Assembly: GCA_010909165.1 (NCBI GenBank) | Contig: MU008163.1 | Location: 868,001 to 932,000, forward strand | From: Anthoceros angustus | Lineage: Eukaryota; Plantae; Anthocerotophyta | Direction of reading: 5' to 3' | DNA: 64,000 bases | Shown: piece after piece, positions 37,262 through 49,099 of the stretch | Layout of the letters: every line of letters begins with the position of its first letter | Position numbering within the stretch: the stretch's first letter is position 1 | Notes under the pieces: model-generated | What the model saw: the letters and a program-made list of their open reading frames with translations, nothing else | The model's database searches: none | Told to the model about the DNA's origin: nothing | Translations under genes and position numbers: made by a program

Positions 37262-38303
37262 TTACACCAACATAGCAAGGGCAACCGCTCCGGCAACCGT
37301 TAACAGACCTGCCTTGACAGAACCTGCAGAGCTTTCGGGAGGAGGAGCTGGTCCTCTGGCAGTGGGAGCCTTGGCAGTGGGAGGGCTGGAGGGAGCCTTG
37401 GCGGGAGCCTTACTGGGAGTGGTCGGAGGAGTGGTCGGGGGAGTGGCCGGGGGAGGAGCAGTGGGAGGGGTGGTAGGAGGAGTGGCCGGGGGAGTGGCAG
37501 TGGGAGGGGTGGTAGGAGGAGTGGTCGGGGGAGGAGCAGTGGGAGGGGTGGTAGGAGGAGTGGTTGGGGGAGGAGCAGTGGGAGGGCTGGTAGGAGGAGT
37601 GGACGGGGGAGGAGCATAGGTAGGGGTGGTAGGAGGAGTGGTAGGCGGAGTCGCAGTGGGAGGAGTGGTAGGGGGAGCAGTGGGAGGACTAGCAGTCTGT
37701 GCCGAAACATCGACGGAGAATTTCATCCCTGCAGCGCAATGACCAAGAATTCCACACACGAAGTACGCAGTCCCGGCTGCTGTCAGCGGAACAGTATCAT
37801 CTCCAGACGTCCACTGCTTCTGAGGGGAACTGATGTCACAGTTGTCGAAGGCGGTTTTGGAAGCGAGTTGAAGCACGGTATGCGCACCGGCCGCGTACTT
37901 GAACTCTGCCAAATTCCAGCTCAAGACAAATCAGAAAGCTCACGAACATGCAGGCCGCCGGCAACAACATCAAGATGATTCCAACCAGCCAGATCTGAAG
38001 CCAAACAAGCACGCCTCCAGCAACAACATCAACAAACTCTGAAGCTGGCTCTGCTGGCTCTGTCAAAAGCGTTTAACTTCCAAAGAGCCAGATCTGAACC
38101 AAATCAAAGCCCTATCACTCACCAAGACTGTCCCCGACCACGAACGACACACCGTCGGCCCAGGTCTGGTAGCTCTTCCCGAAGTCCCAGGTGCCATCGC
38201 CGTTGATCGGGTAGTTGGTGGCCAGCGCGCTCTGCAGCAGCGCGAGCACGGTCACCACCGCCACAGCCGCGGATGCACTGCCTCCTCCCTGTCGCCTCGC
38301 CAT
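37262..38303 (-). CDS. Phytocyanin (H,C,H,M) with long Thr/Pro/Ala-rich AGP-like repeat; exons 38303-38123 and 37905-37262
   Basis: GDGTWDFGKSYQTWA..GDSL | EFKY..AHTV...YFVCGILGHCAAGMKF; (TPP/APP)n of ~110 aa; GPI-type tail. Confidence 0.92.
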
Positions 38304-38699
38304 CCCGGATCGCTGAGTCTGAGACGCGAATCAACGCTTGAGTCGCGCGCGCAGAGTCGAATTCCAGGGCGGAGTGGAAGGAGAGCTTCCTGATCGCCGC
38401 TCTGCTGATGCGAGCTTCAAGTGGGAATGCCGAATGCTGCGAGCGAGCGGGCTGTATGTAGCCTGCGGCTTATCAGTCGTGGGGGCCTATTTGGGGCGTG
38501 ATGAGAGAGTGATGAGCAAAGGTGATGAGGGAAGGGATAAACGCAGGCGATGGGCGATGAGAATAGCCAAGCGGAACGTGCGCCGAGGACGCAGTCGGCC
38601 CACGCTCGCGGAACGTTCGCCGCCCGAGACTCGCCTCAGTGTTTCGCCGTTTTCGCCGCCCACGGGTATTGCGGTCGTTGAATCGTTGAATCGGGGATT

Positions 38700-39620
38700 G
38701 GCGCCTGTCAGCTGAAGAACGTCCTGCGTTTTGGGCCCGTACGCCCACACCAATATTCCAATACATGGTAACTCCACAACTTGCACGCACAGCATAAAGT
38801 TCTCTTCTTTTTTGGTGGGATCATAGCATAAAGTCCTCGGAACTCCGCAGTCGAGCAGGCAAGCACCCCTGGGGCGGATGACTACTGGGATGGGGTGCGT
38901 ATCCCAAGAATGAAGCTTGTAAGAGTCGAGGACGGCTGTAAAAGTCTCTCACAGCATCCCTCAATTCGAGCCAGGAATGAAAAGATTCAATACAAGAAAA
39001 CATTACAATGCACAACCCAGCCCTAGTTTATGAATCATTCCAATCACGAGCTTGCACTTTCATCCCAGCCTGGAGACAAACATCTAGTCTATGACGAAAC
39101 AATACCAGCAGACTGTAAACAAGTGTCAGATCCTGGAGATCCAGCACTTCACTTGCCGAAAGGAACGGGGACCGGATGAAAGAAAGTCATCTGGTGATGG
39201 ATGCCGTTTGAGATGTGGAGGGGTCAGGATGTAGCTGTACGACCCAGGTCCCGGATCTGTGCTTGCGGTTGTACTGGCACACTAGCACAGGGGGTGATCT
39301 GGGGCCGACTGCACTGGCTGGGCTGTACCAGCTCGTAGTTAAGTGACCCGCTCCCTTGTTGAACTGTTGGGTCGGTTAGGACAACTGTAGATGGTTCTTG
39401 CTAGCAGTGGACCCGAGGACTTGCAATGGAAGTTGCTACTGGCAGGTTGCAAGAAGCGACGGGATGGATATGTGTGTTTACTGCGGTCGCCCAGCCAAAT
39501 GCCGTCATGTGGTTTGGTGTTCTATGATTTCTGCCTCTGTTGAGAACGGACAAGCTAACCACCTACCTGCCTGTGGATATCACCAGATGGGCATGTCTTC
39601 TTAGCAGCCCTAGGCTGCTG
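38700..39620 (-). pseudogene. Decayed, internally deleted duplicate of the ENODL gene and its upstream region
   Basis: CTGAAGAACGTCCTGCGTTTTGGG (~38712) matches 35145-35168. 39020-39620 resembles 35230-35320 and 35790-36330. Confidence 0.7.
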
Positions 39621-40080
39621 GCTTACAAGTGGTGGGGCAGACGTGAAAAATATGGGGTTGAGCCTGACCTACAGGTTCCTTCTCAATTGCTTGTGTGGGT
39701 TATGTGTGGCTGCAGCCTGCAAGGCGGTCCCAGAGTGTCTCAGGGGCTGAAGCTTTCTCAAACGAGATTGTGGTGACTCGGAATGGCTATGATAGCAGGA
39801 TATTCCCAGCAGGGCTAGGGCATGATCATGTTGCCATTCCGTCCCTGAATAGTGATGACTTAAGTCATCACTGTGTCCGATTCTGAGGCCACAGCTCTAA
39901 GAGAAAAAGTCTACAGCCGAGAGATAAAGAGGAGGATCCACGCCCGACGGAAGAGTCCGAAGCATGTGCCTTCAGGGAAAGGACTCTGTGAGAGATTAGC
40001 AATATCCAAGTTTCCCAATCTTTACAAATCAAAATTAGTCAAAGTACCTTTCCCCCATGTGTGCGTTCAGGTTTCAGGTT

Positions 40081-41500
40081 TCACGATTCAGGTTTCAATC
40101 CTTGCATGTGTGCTTTCGAGTCTCGTCTCTCTCTCACCACAAAAATGTGCACGAGCCCGTCTATGCCTACCCACCAGCTCTGGCCTGGCTGTTTCCATGC
40201 CCCAATTGCTTTCCTCCTCGTCTGCAGCTTCTGTGCCTCCTCCCACATCTCATCATTGAGATATATGTTGGACATCAACACATAGGCTGCAGCATCCTTG
40301 TCATGCAGCTTCAGTGCTTCGTTGAAGGCATGGAGTCCCACCGGCACGTTGCTCCACTTCTGACAGGCACCCAAAAGTGTGTGCCAGACTGCGATGTCGG
40401 GGAAAACAGGCATGCTCCTTGCCACCCCTAGAGCCTCGTGGAGGTGGCCTGCACGACCCAGGATGTCCACCATGCACGTGTAGTGCTCCATGGTGGGAGT
40501 GATGCTATAGTGTTGGCCCATTGCCTCGAAGTACTCTCGCCCCTTGTCCACAAGGCCTGCATGACTGCATGCTTTCCGAACGCTGAGAAATGTGATGCTG
40601 TCCGGCCGTACGCTCTGCTCTTGCATTCTGCAAAGCAGGTGGAAGACTGTTTCGCTGTCCCCTTGCCGGGTGTATCCTGCAATCAGTGCATTCCAGGCGA
40701 CACTGTCTGCTTCAGGCAACCCATCAAATACCTGATGAGCATCCACCATGCTCCCAGACTTCGCATACATGTTTATCAAACTGATGGCTACAAACGGGTC
40801 TGCCTGATGCCCCTGTTCTTCGATCTGAACATGCAGCCACCTTCCCGGATGCAACGCTGCTACATCCGCACATGCCTGCAGGAGGCAGGCAAACGTTACA
40901 GAATCCGGAGCAGAAATGCCTTCATCTCGCATGGCTCTGTAAACACGAAGAGCTTCATGGCCCATCCCCTGCTGGCAGTATCCCGCCATCATGGCATTCC
41001 ATGTCACCAACGTTTTCCGAGCAAGCCGGGCAAACACAGCCCGAGCATCCTCGATGCTGCCACACTTTGCATACATTATCACCAGGCTGCACCCTACAAT
41101 CGCATCACCCAGCAGCCCCTTGACATCAATCTGAGCATGGAGCTCTTTCCCTGCCTCCAAACCCCCGGCACCCACGCTCGAACACGCCTGCAGGAGGCTC
41201 ACAAACGTCACAGAAGTGGGTGCAGCCAGGCCCTCTTCCTTCATAGCCCTGTAGAGATGAAGTGCTTCTTCACCCCTGCCCTGCTGGGCATATCCTGCTA
41301 TCATGGCATTCCATGACACCGCATCTTTCCCCTACCAAGCCCATCAAAAACTCTCCTGGCATCATCCCAGCTGCCACACTTTGCGTACATGTCCACCAGG
41401 CAATTCACAACAAACAAGTCAGGCTCAACCCCACAAGCCATAACATCAGCATGCACCTGCCGCCCAGTTCTCAAGTCCTACGAAAGCCTGAAAGGCATGC
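40081..41500 (-). CDS. PLS-class pentatricopeptide repeat protein with E-type C-terminus (3' portion; one frameshift at ~41320)
   Basis: Repeated SWNAMIAGY / TFVSLLQAC / LINMYAKCG motifs; HYTCMVDILGRAGHL; AAYVLMSNIY; AWKQPGQSWW. The upstream frame reads VHADVMACGVEPDLFVVNCLVDMYAKCG. Confidence 0.88.
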
Positions 41501-41734
41501 AACAACGAGCTTAATTCTTCAGACAGTACTTTTCTGTCATAGTTTGTACTAGGGAGGTTACTCCACGACCCAAGGGGCAACGAGACAACTAGGAAACAAC
41601 ATCATGCACATCAACGTCAGGGCGCGGAACTAAATTCCTCATCATGTGGTAACTCGTCCTGCAATGGAACAAGATAGGGCTCCGAGTCTTGCCCCATGAG
41701 ATACCAAAGACTCCGAGATACGTGTACAAACTCA

Positions 41735-42031
41735 CCGATTTGGTTTCATGAGGGATGTCATGAGCGAGGCGAAGCCAGGCGGAAAAGATCAGTGACTCAT
41801 AAACTGTAACCTGAGGAGAATGTATGTCAAATTGCTCACAATATCCGGATACCCGTGCAAAGGTGTCCTGGTTCTTGACAAATCCTGATATGCGAATTTC
41901 TCCATCAATATATCCCCCTGTTTTCCTCCCCGCCAGCACATCCATTAGGGTGGTCTTCCCAGCTCCACTTACTCCCATCAGCGCAGTCAAAGTGCCAGGC
42001 CTAAAAGCTCCATTAATATCGTGAAGAAGGG
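41735..42031 (-). pseudogene. Isolated ABCG/PDR transporter NBD2 exon fragment
   Basis: [88 protein letters not shown], followed by a GTGAGT donor. I found no other PDR exons in the window. Confidence 0.9.
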
Positions 42032-42200
42032 TTCGGCTTCCTCCAACATGCCATGAGAAGCATACATCCGGAGGATGTGGTTGCACAGGAACGTATCCGA
42101 TCCATACCCCTTCTGCACTGCCAGGACATTCACCCGGCGACCCAGAACCAGCTCCCTCTTCCCCACACAGGTTCTCAGGACAGCGTAGATAAGAGACCCG
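42032..42200 (-). pseudogene. 5' PPR fragment fused out of frame to the ABCG exon
   Basis: [52 protein letters not shown] is a PLS-PPR motif. Confidence 0.75.
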
Positions 42201-43056
42201 TGTTTGCAGGGCCCAGAAAAGCCGTTGCCACAAGAGGAGGTGTGAATGACGTGCGAGGCTCCTGGCAGCCAAGGTGGGCACAGGAATGCGCCAAGCCTGT
42301 GCAGGCAAGCCTGAACGGTCCAGCTGGGCCCATGCTGCCCATCTCCGCATGCACTTGCACTAGGACAGAGTCTTTCCTCGAGTTTCATGTCACCCGACGA
42401 GATCGGCCAAGAGGACGGCCCGTAAGACCACATCATCACGAACAACGAAACGCCCTCCGGGTTTCAACGGGACATCCATTTTATTCATGCTTCATTTCTT
42501 ACAGGAACCGTCGGTGCCATACACGTTCGGTCCAAAGTATGGACGAACGGGCCATTTTACAACATGTGACGGCCCCTGTGCCATCTGCTCATCCACATAG
42601 CGAGTCATAGGGCATGTGCGGTCCTCATGGATTATTAAAATGCATGTGAATTTACAAAAAATGTTCCAAAAGGGGTGTTTGGAGAGCTAGGGCAGCTCTA
42701 AGCAACCACTAGTGACATGTTAGGAAAAGTATGAGTTTAGGCAAAGCAAAAAGTGTTTTGCTCAGTCTGTTGCATCGGGGAACGTGTATTCCAAGATATG
42801 GGGCGGTTGATAAGAAACAAAGGACCCTTAGTGTAGGTGCCCCTTGGAACACCGGAAACTGTATCTCGAACTTTGGATCTTCCGAGTAAAGATAGGGGCC
42901 CAAAGCAATTTTATAAGGAGACACACCGAGCCTTGCTCCTCGCCACTTTTCTATGACCATGAGTATTGTGCACTACAAGACAATGCGGCTTGTCTTTGTT
43001 TATTGAGTGTACTGTCATGGCATAGATTGACAAGAGGCTTTGTACATAATAAATGG

Positions 43057-43350
43057 CACCACTCTCCATAGCCAAGAGCACCACTCTCCACGGCCGGAGC
43101 ACCACTCTCCACGGCCGGAGCACCACTCTCCACAAGCGAGGAACAACAATCTCCACGGCCAGAACACCACTCTCTGACCAAGAACACCACTCTCCACAAG
43201 TGAGGAACAGGCCTCCACAAGCGAGGAACAACAATCTCCACGGCCGGAACACCACTCTCCATAGCCAGAACACCACGGTCCAATGTCGAAATCCAATCTC
43301 GATAGTGAGGATTAGGACTCTGCAGTGAGGAACACCACTCTCCATAGTTA
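43057..43350. repeat. 21-bp-period minisatellite (CACCACTCTCCACGGCCGGAG variants)
   Basis: About a dozen degenerate units. All overlapping ORFs are low-complexity (SGAPAVE / WRVVLRP). Confidence 0.8.
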
Positions 43351-44605
43351 GGAAATCCACTGCATGTGAAGAAAAGATTCTCCACAAACCACCGGTGCCG
43401 CCAAAACACGATTCAACCACAAACTTGCTTGCAAGTAGCAACATGTGAAAGGCAAGATGAGCAATGCAAGCGGCACCGCTCCACCAACTTCCAACCAGCA
43501 AAGAATCGCGCGCAAAGTCGGACCAAAAGCACTATGTAAAGTTTGCGCACTGCACACCAACATCGGGACCACCACCGGCATTGTTCCACCAACAACTAGC
43601 ATCAACATCGCAACATAACACCACCAGCATTAGCATTGCAGTGAAGACACCACCAAAGATGAGTAAGGCAAGCAACACCAACCGCCCACCACCTTTCAAC
43701 CGAAGCGCGCAAAGTCGGACCACCAACACAATGTAAAGTCGAGCGCCCATGGGCATCGAGATTAGACCACCCTCGAGTGGGGAACACACTCTCCACGATC
43801 AAGAAATCCACTCTTGATAGGGTGGAAGAGCTTTGTCGAAACAAATCACAAAAATCAAAATCTTCACAAGTGGAAGACAACTAACCTCCCACAAATAGGG
43901 GCATTGAGCTTCACATGTTTCACAGATTCAGAACATGAGGAAACCATATGTCAAGCGAAGCTTCCATCCAAGCTAGTACCCACAGTGCCCAGTGAACAAT
44001 GTCATCAATTAGGCGAATTCTTTGTGTGAGTTCAACTCTGCTTTATGCTCCCTTCTTAACATGTCTCTCTCTCCTCCAAAGACCTTCCAATTTAGCAACT
44101 TCAACTACGGGGCATCTTCGCTCTCGACTCCTCAAGAGATTTCTTGCAACCGCGTGAGCAACCTTAGCCTCATCGCTTGAAGTCGTCTCTCCTAGAATGC
44201 CTTTTTGCTGCTAGTTCCCACACAACTCCATGACATTGTGCCACTTCTTTACCTCCTCCTCATTCTTCACAAGCGAACAATGTCATTGTGCCAACTATCC
44301 AAGAAGTCCACATAGGCGGCTAGAGGCCTAAACCTCTTCAAGCTCTGGGGCCCAACACCCCTTCACCTAGGCGGAGGTTTCGAGATGTTTCCCTATTTCA
44401 AATCTAGCTTTCTCTCGTCATCCAACTTCCGCATTAACCTTGAGAATCTCCACCTCAATTGCTAGATCAAGATGGTCCTCATCTGCAGCCCACCTCTTGA
44501 CAGTCTCCTTGGGATATAGCGAGGAGTTTTTGCTTTTGCTCATGGCGTCCTTTGGTGACATTCTCTCCACCCTCTTCATCCTCTTCCTTCACCACTTCCT
44601 CCTGC

Positions 44606-47600
44606 GGTTAGAAATGCCATGAGCGTCTTGCATCAAGCGGATGCTTTTCTAAGAATGATAAACAATCAAGTAAGTTTTAAGTTCATAGGTGGGCTTTTAA
44701 AGGGTTACGAAGGGTTGTGTCCTTTGCTAGCCCGCTAGTTAACTAACTACATTTAAAGCTAAGGCCTAGTTAGACTAACCAACGTGCAGTAACCAACGTG
44801 GTGCCTTTTTCTTCTAACTCTCCTCTCGACACGTTGCGGGTTGTTATTATCTAAGAGCTCCATGTACAAGCGGAGATCACTCTTGTTGTAGTCAAGCTTC
44901 GGCCTTGCTCAATTCGGCTATCACCTAGAGTCGGCCGAATCGCCTCGCGGTGAGCTCAGAGTGTCTGACAACTCGTGGAGAAGAACACCACTCTTGTGAC
45001 CGTAAAAGAGTAAGCTTTCGACTTACAACTCCTAGTGAAACAAAAGCGGATAGCCCACCAAATGAGCGACCTAAATCGTCAAAGATCATACAATATCTGC
45101 TACCATTCCAATGACCACTTTTACGAGAAAGCCAAATAATCATATTCATCACCGATTGCCAACAACTCCACTCATTGTGATTGTAACCCTCCGAAGCGTA
45201 AGTAGAACTCCCTCTGCTGGCACTTTAATTAAAGAGATAATCGCATGTCTTGAGAGGTAGTGAAGTCGGTGTTGAACTCCTTTTTCCATTCCATAGGTGC
45301 CTTGGGAGCCATGATGTGAACATGTGTCTATGGCTACAGTTGTGCACTAACGCCGCAAAAGTAATGAGCCACAGATCCTGTAGATAGAAACCACCAAACA
45401 CACAGTTAGAGCACGAGGTCGGGCTGATCTAGGTACTGGATCTTGGCCTTGGAGACGACGGCAGCATTCTCCATCCTTGGCTCTTGGCGGGCCTCACCAG
45501 CCTGTTTCTTCCGACACTCTCTCTCCCAATGGCCAGGTATCTGGCACCAATGACATGTCCCCTCTCGCTTAGGAGACTTGGAAGAACCCGAAGATCCCTG
45601 AGAGCTCCTGCTCTTATTCTGTTGTGACCTACCGTTGGTCACGAACATGACCCTTTCTCCCCCGTGTTGAGATGTGCCAGCATTGAACCTGGCGGCCTCC
45701 TCTTGAAGGAGAGCCCCAGCGATCTCTGACACAGTGATATTCGGGACCATGCCCGACTGGACAGCCCGGTGAGCACTTCTCACCGTCTGGTTCTGGGAAG
45801 AGACAAAGGTTTGATAACTAGCCGGGAGGCTAGCTAAGAGCTGGACATGACATCAAATTCGAGATTACCCAAGTCGCAAGTTGAGCGTAGATACCTAAAC
45901 TTGCTTATGTCTTTGAGCAACAACATCGTTAGGTTGCATACGTAATGAGTAGAACTCCAAACGTACCGTAACAAGAGTAGATTGATAGATATCTATGAGT
46001 TGCTTCCAAGCTTCAGCAGAGGTTATGGCACCATCAGTATGGTGTAAGGTAACCTCGTCTAATCCGGAGATTAGCATATGCATAGCCTCTATCTGCATCA
46101 AAGGCCAATAGCGAGGGACGAGGCTTGGGGGAAGGTACCTTCGACAATCGGGAGGAGATCCCGAGTATTCAAAGCAGTCTTCATTCGACGAGACCATACT
46201 TCGAATTTTGTGCCGTCGAAGCGATCCTTCTCCTTGAAGTCAGAGCTGACGTTCATCATGTTGAAGATTGTTGGCGTTGGTGGTGGTTGAGCAGCCATCC
46301 TTAAGGACTTTCACGGAAGAGCGAGCAGTCGAAATATTATGATATTTCGACTAGATCACTCGTTAGAGGAAAAAGTATCTTCAAAGGGTAGCAAAACAAT
46401 TTGCAAGTACGGGACTTTGATCTTGCGTGCTTGGACCGCGCAAAACCGTCGCTCCTCAACCCAATCTTGGTCTTGTAGACTTGGACCTACTCACAAGAAA
46501 CGGCTATTTCGTAACCGGTGTCCGGAAAAGCAGCGTTCACACCGGTTGGGGCGGCCCAAACGGTTCAAACGACAACTTGTTGTCGTTGGCGCAACGCGCA
46601 TGAAACCAAGCAACTTGTTGCGCTGCATACCGCTGGAGCGCTGGCTCCCGCCTGCATGGGGCGCGTGTCACGGCAATCCACCTCCAGCACGCAGCATGTG
46701 CGATCGGGCGGCGCTGGATCGGCCGGGCGCCTCCCGCTGAGCCTGCGGTCTCGATGGATTTCGGATCAGCCGAGAATTGCTTCTCATCCGCAATCTTCCA
46801 CACCCCTTAGATCCGCCTCAATTCTCGTGAGTTTGCTCGATTCTGGCATCATTTGGCGAAGTTGAGTAATAGGGCAGATCCGCTGTGGGAATACTTTCTC
46901 CCCTACACACCTGCAGATTGGGAGAAATTGAGCCAGTTAAAAGATACTAAGATCAACCGAGCTCCAATCCCCTCTTCCCCAATCAGGCTCCAATCAGCAA
47001 CTTCTCGTGAGGTGAGGCGCCTGGATCTTAGCAGAGGAAGGGCGCCCTGTAGGCGCGACCAGCCCTGGCCTGAAATCGCTGTGAACGGGGCATCAGCGCC
47101 TCCGATCGGTGTGCCCAAAGATCCTCCTTCTTCTTCTTCTTTATAAGAAGGTATATAATAAAACCGTGCCTACCTATTTGCCATATAGGGGTTGTAGGGT
47201 CATTACAGTGCACACCATCGCAACTCCACAATTAAGCGCCCTACCCACGGATCAATACCCAGATGGGGAGCCTAACATAGGATTCACATAGTTCAAACAA
47301 TTCTTTTGTTTTGTTTTTTTTTTTTTGTTCTTTTAAAACGAGATGCACATCTAGAGCCCTTGCAGCCCGTCGTGCTCTCCAGAAACTCTTCTTCTAAATG
47401 TAGAATATTCACAACCACCTAAGACTCATATCTTGAATTCTTAAAAACCCTCAATGATCTTGTGAAGTGAATTTTCTTCCATATTTTCTAATGATTTCTA
47501 AGAACGTAGTCTAGGACCATTGGAGCCCATCATACTCTTCAGAAATGCTACAAATCTAATATGATGTGCTATCTACTTTGCTCTTTATCAACAGAAGCAA

Positions 47601-47866
47601 AGAAGAGATAGCAAGCAAGTCCATGGCGGATCATTGCTCTGATACCAAGTTAGAAATGCCATGCGGAAGCGTCTTGCATCAAGCAGATGCTTTTCTAAGA
47701 ATGATAAACAATCAAGTAAGTTTTAGGTTCATAGGTGGGCTTTTAAAGGGTTACGAAGGGTTGTGTCCTTTCGCTAGCCGCTAGTTAACTAACTACATTT
47801 AAAGCTAAGGCCTAGTTAGACTAACTAACGCTGGTATGTAACCAAGGGTCTGCTTTTCTTCTAACT
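44606..47866 (-). mobile_element. 3.26-kb non-autonomous gag-only LTR retroelement (TR-GAG-like)
   Basis: LTRs at 44606-44819 and 47648-47866; Met-PBS GCTCTGATACCA at 47636-47647; PPT after 44819; CTGC on both flanks. Copia-type gag (RFDGTKFEVWSRRM, AWKQL, CHWCQIPGHWERECRKK), a decayed protease start, and no INT/RT. Confidence 0.85.
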
Positions 47867-47870
47867 CTGC

Positions 47871-48933
47871 TTCTTCTTATCTTCTTTCCTCCGTTCCACC
47901 CCATCCTTTGCAAGGCTCACGGCAATTTTTCGATATAAGGCCCAATCAACTTGGATACCACAAACCTTTTCTACGAACACCTAGAGCAAGCTTCTTGGCA
48001 TGTTCTTCTTCCTATCTCGGGACACTTTCTATGAATGTAAAATGTGAGACCATTCACAGCATTCCATCAGGCGTGGAAAGTCCTTCACCCCATATAACAC
48101 GATTCCGTGACCACTTGAAACCATCATTCACTGGTGGTCCAAAAATAAGATAGATATACGCATCCCCGCCCACCAGTTCCTTCAAGCATTCCGTGAAGGT
48201 CGAATCTCTCACATTGATGCCACCACTTTTCACATTCCAGGATTTAAATAACCACACCTTCATAGCCTTTGTGTGCATACTCTTCACTTGTTCACATTTC
48301 TTCTCTTTCTCGGAAGAAGTTCCTCCTAGTCTTTGGGAGGCCTAAGACGTGAAGATTCACCCTCTTCCATCTTCACTTCCCTAGGCGACTCCCTCTACAA
48401 CAGGCACAAACGAAGCGTGCACGCAGATCAACACCCATAGTCCATCCATTACCAGTGAAGAAGCAACACATGTGTCGCACAAGGCAAGGAGCTAAGAATA
48501 ACAAGAATAAAGAAGAAGAAGAAAGACATGTCACACAAGGCCTTTAAAAGCACTAATAGCAACAAGAAGACCACAAAGAAAGAAAAGCAACGAAGTGGCG
48601 GCTCTTACACCTACCACGGTACCTAACAACAACAGCAAAAGCAATAGCAATGATAGCAGAATAGCGTGGCGAACGTCCCTTAAGTCCGAGGGGCGTGGCA
48701 ATCCGATAGAGGCATGACTCACGGCTTGATCATAGAGCACTCGAGCTCTGATACCATAATTGGTTCTTGAGGAAGAGCGAGACCTCGTAGACGAAAGGAA
48801 ACTCAATAGTGAATGAATATGAGAATATAAGAATGTCTTAGTATTTGTTCTTATATCCTTAGCATGATGACTCTTCATATAGGCGACCTAACATAAGTAA
48901 CCTTTGAGCGAGATTAGGTTAACCCACTCAACA
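47871..48933 (-). mobile_element. Older degenerate copia remnant (LTR ~48757-48933, PBS 48745-48756); probably continues at ~43900-44600
   Basis: GCTCTGATACCA PBS; integrase-region-like text in ORF 48054-48287. Confidence 0.5.
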
Positions 48934-49099
48934 GGTGTACTAGGGGTGGGCTTGGGCATCGGAAGTTGTTAGTCTTGGCTGGTGGGTGATGGCATCCCTC
49001 AAGAGAAGGCTGCATGCTACCAAGGCTCGAGCGAATGCACAGCTTAGAGCAGGTCTGGATAATGCAACAAACTGCGCTGTGAAGTTGCTTGGCCAGGTG

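Noticed and set aside
36993-37710. Gly/Val-rich (+) and Leu/Pro-rich (-) ORFs
   Set aside because: Antisense and alternate-frame readings of the TPP repeat of phytocyanin 4.
40438-41316. 292-aa + strand ORF
   Set aside because: Antisense to the PPR gene.
41589-42350. Functional ABCG transporter gene
   Set aside because: Only one NBD2 exon is present, with no TMD or NBD1 exons, and it is fused to PPR sequence.
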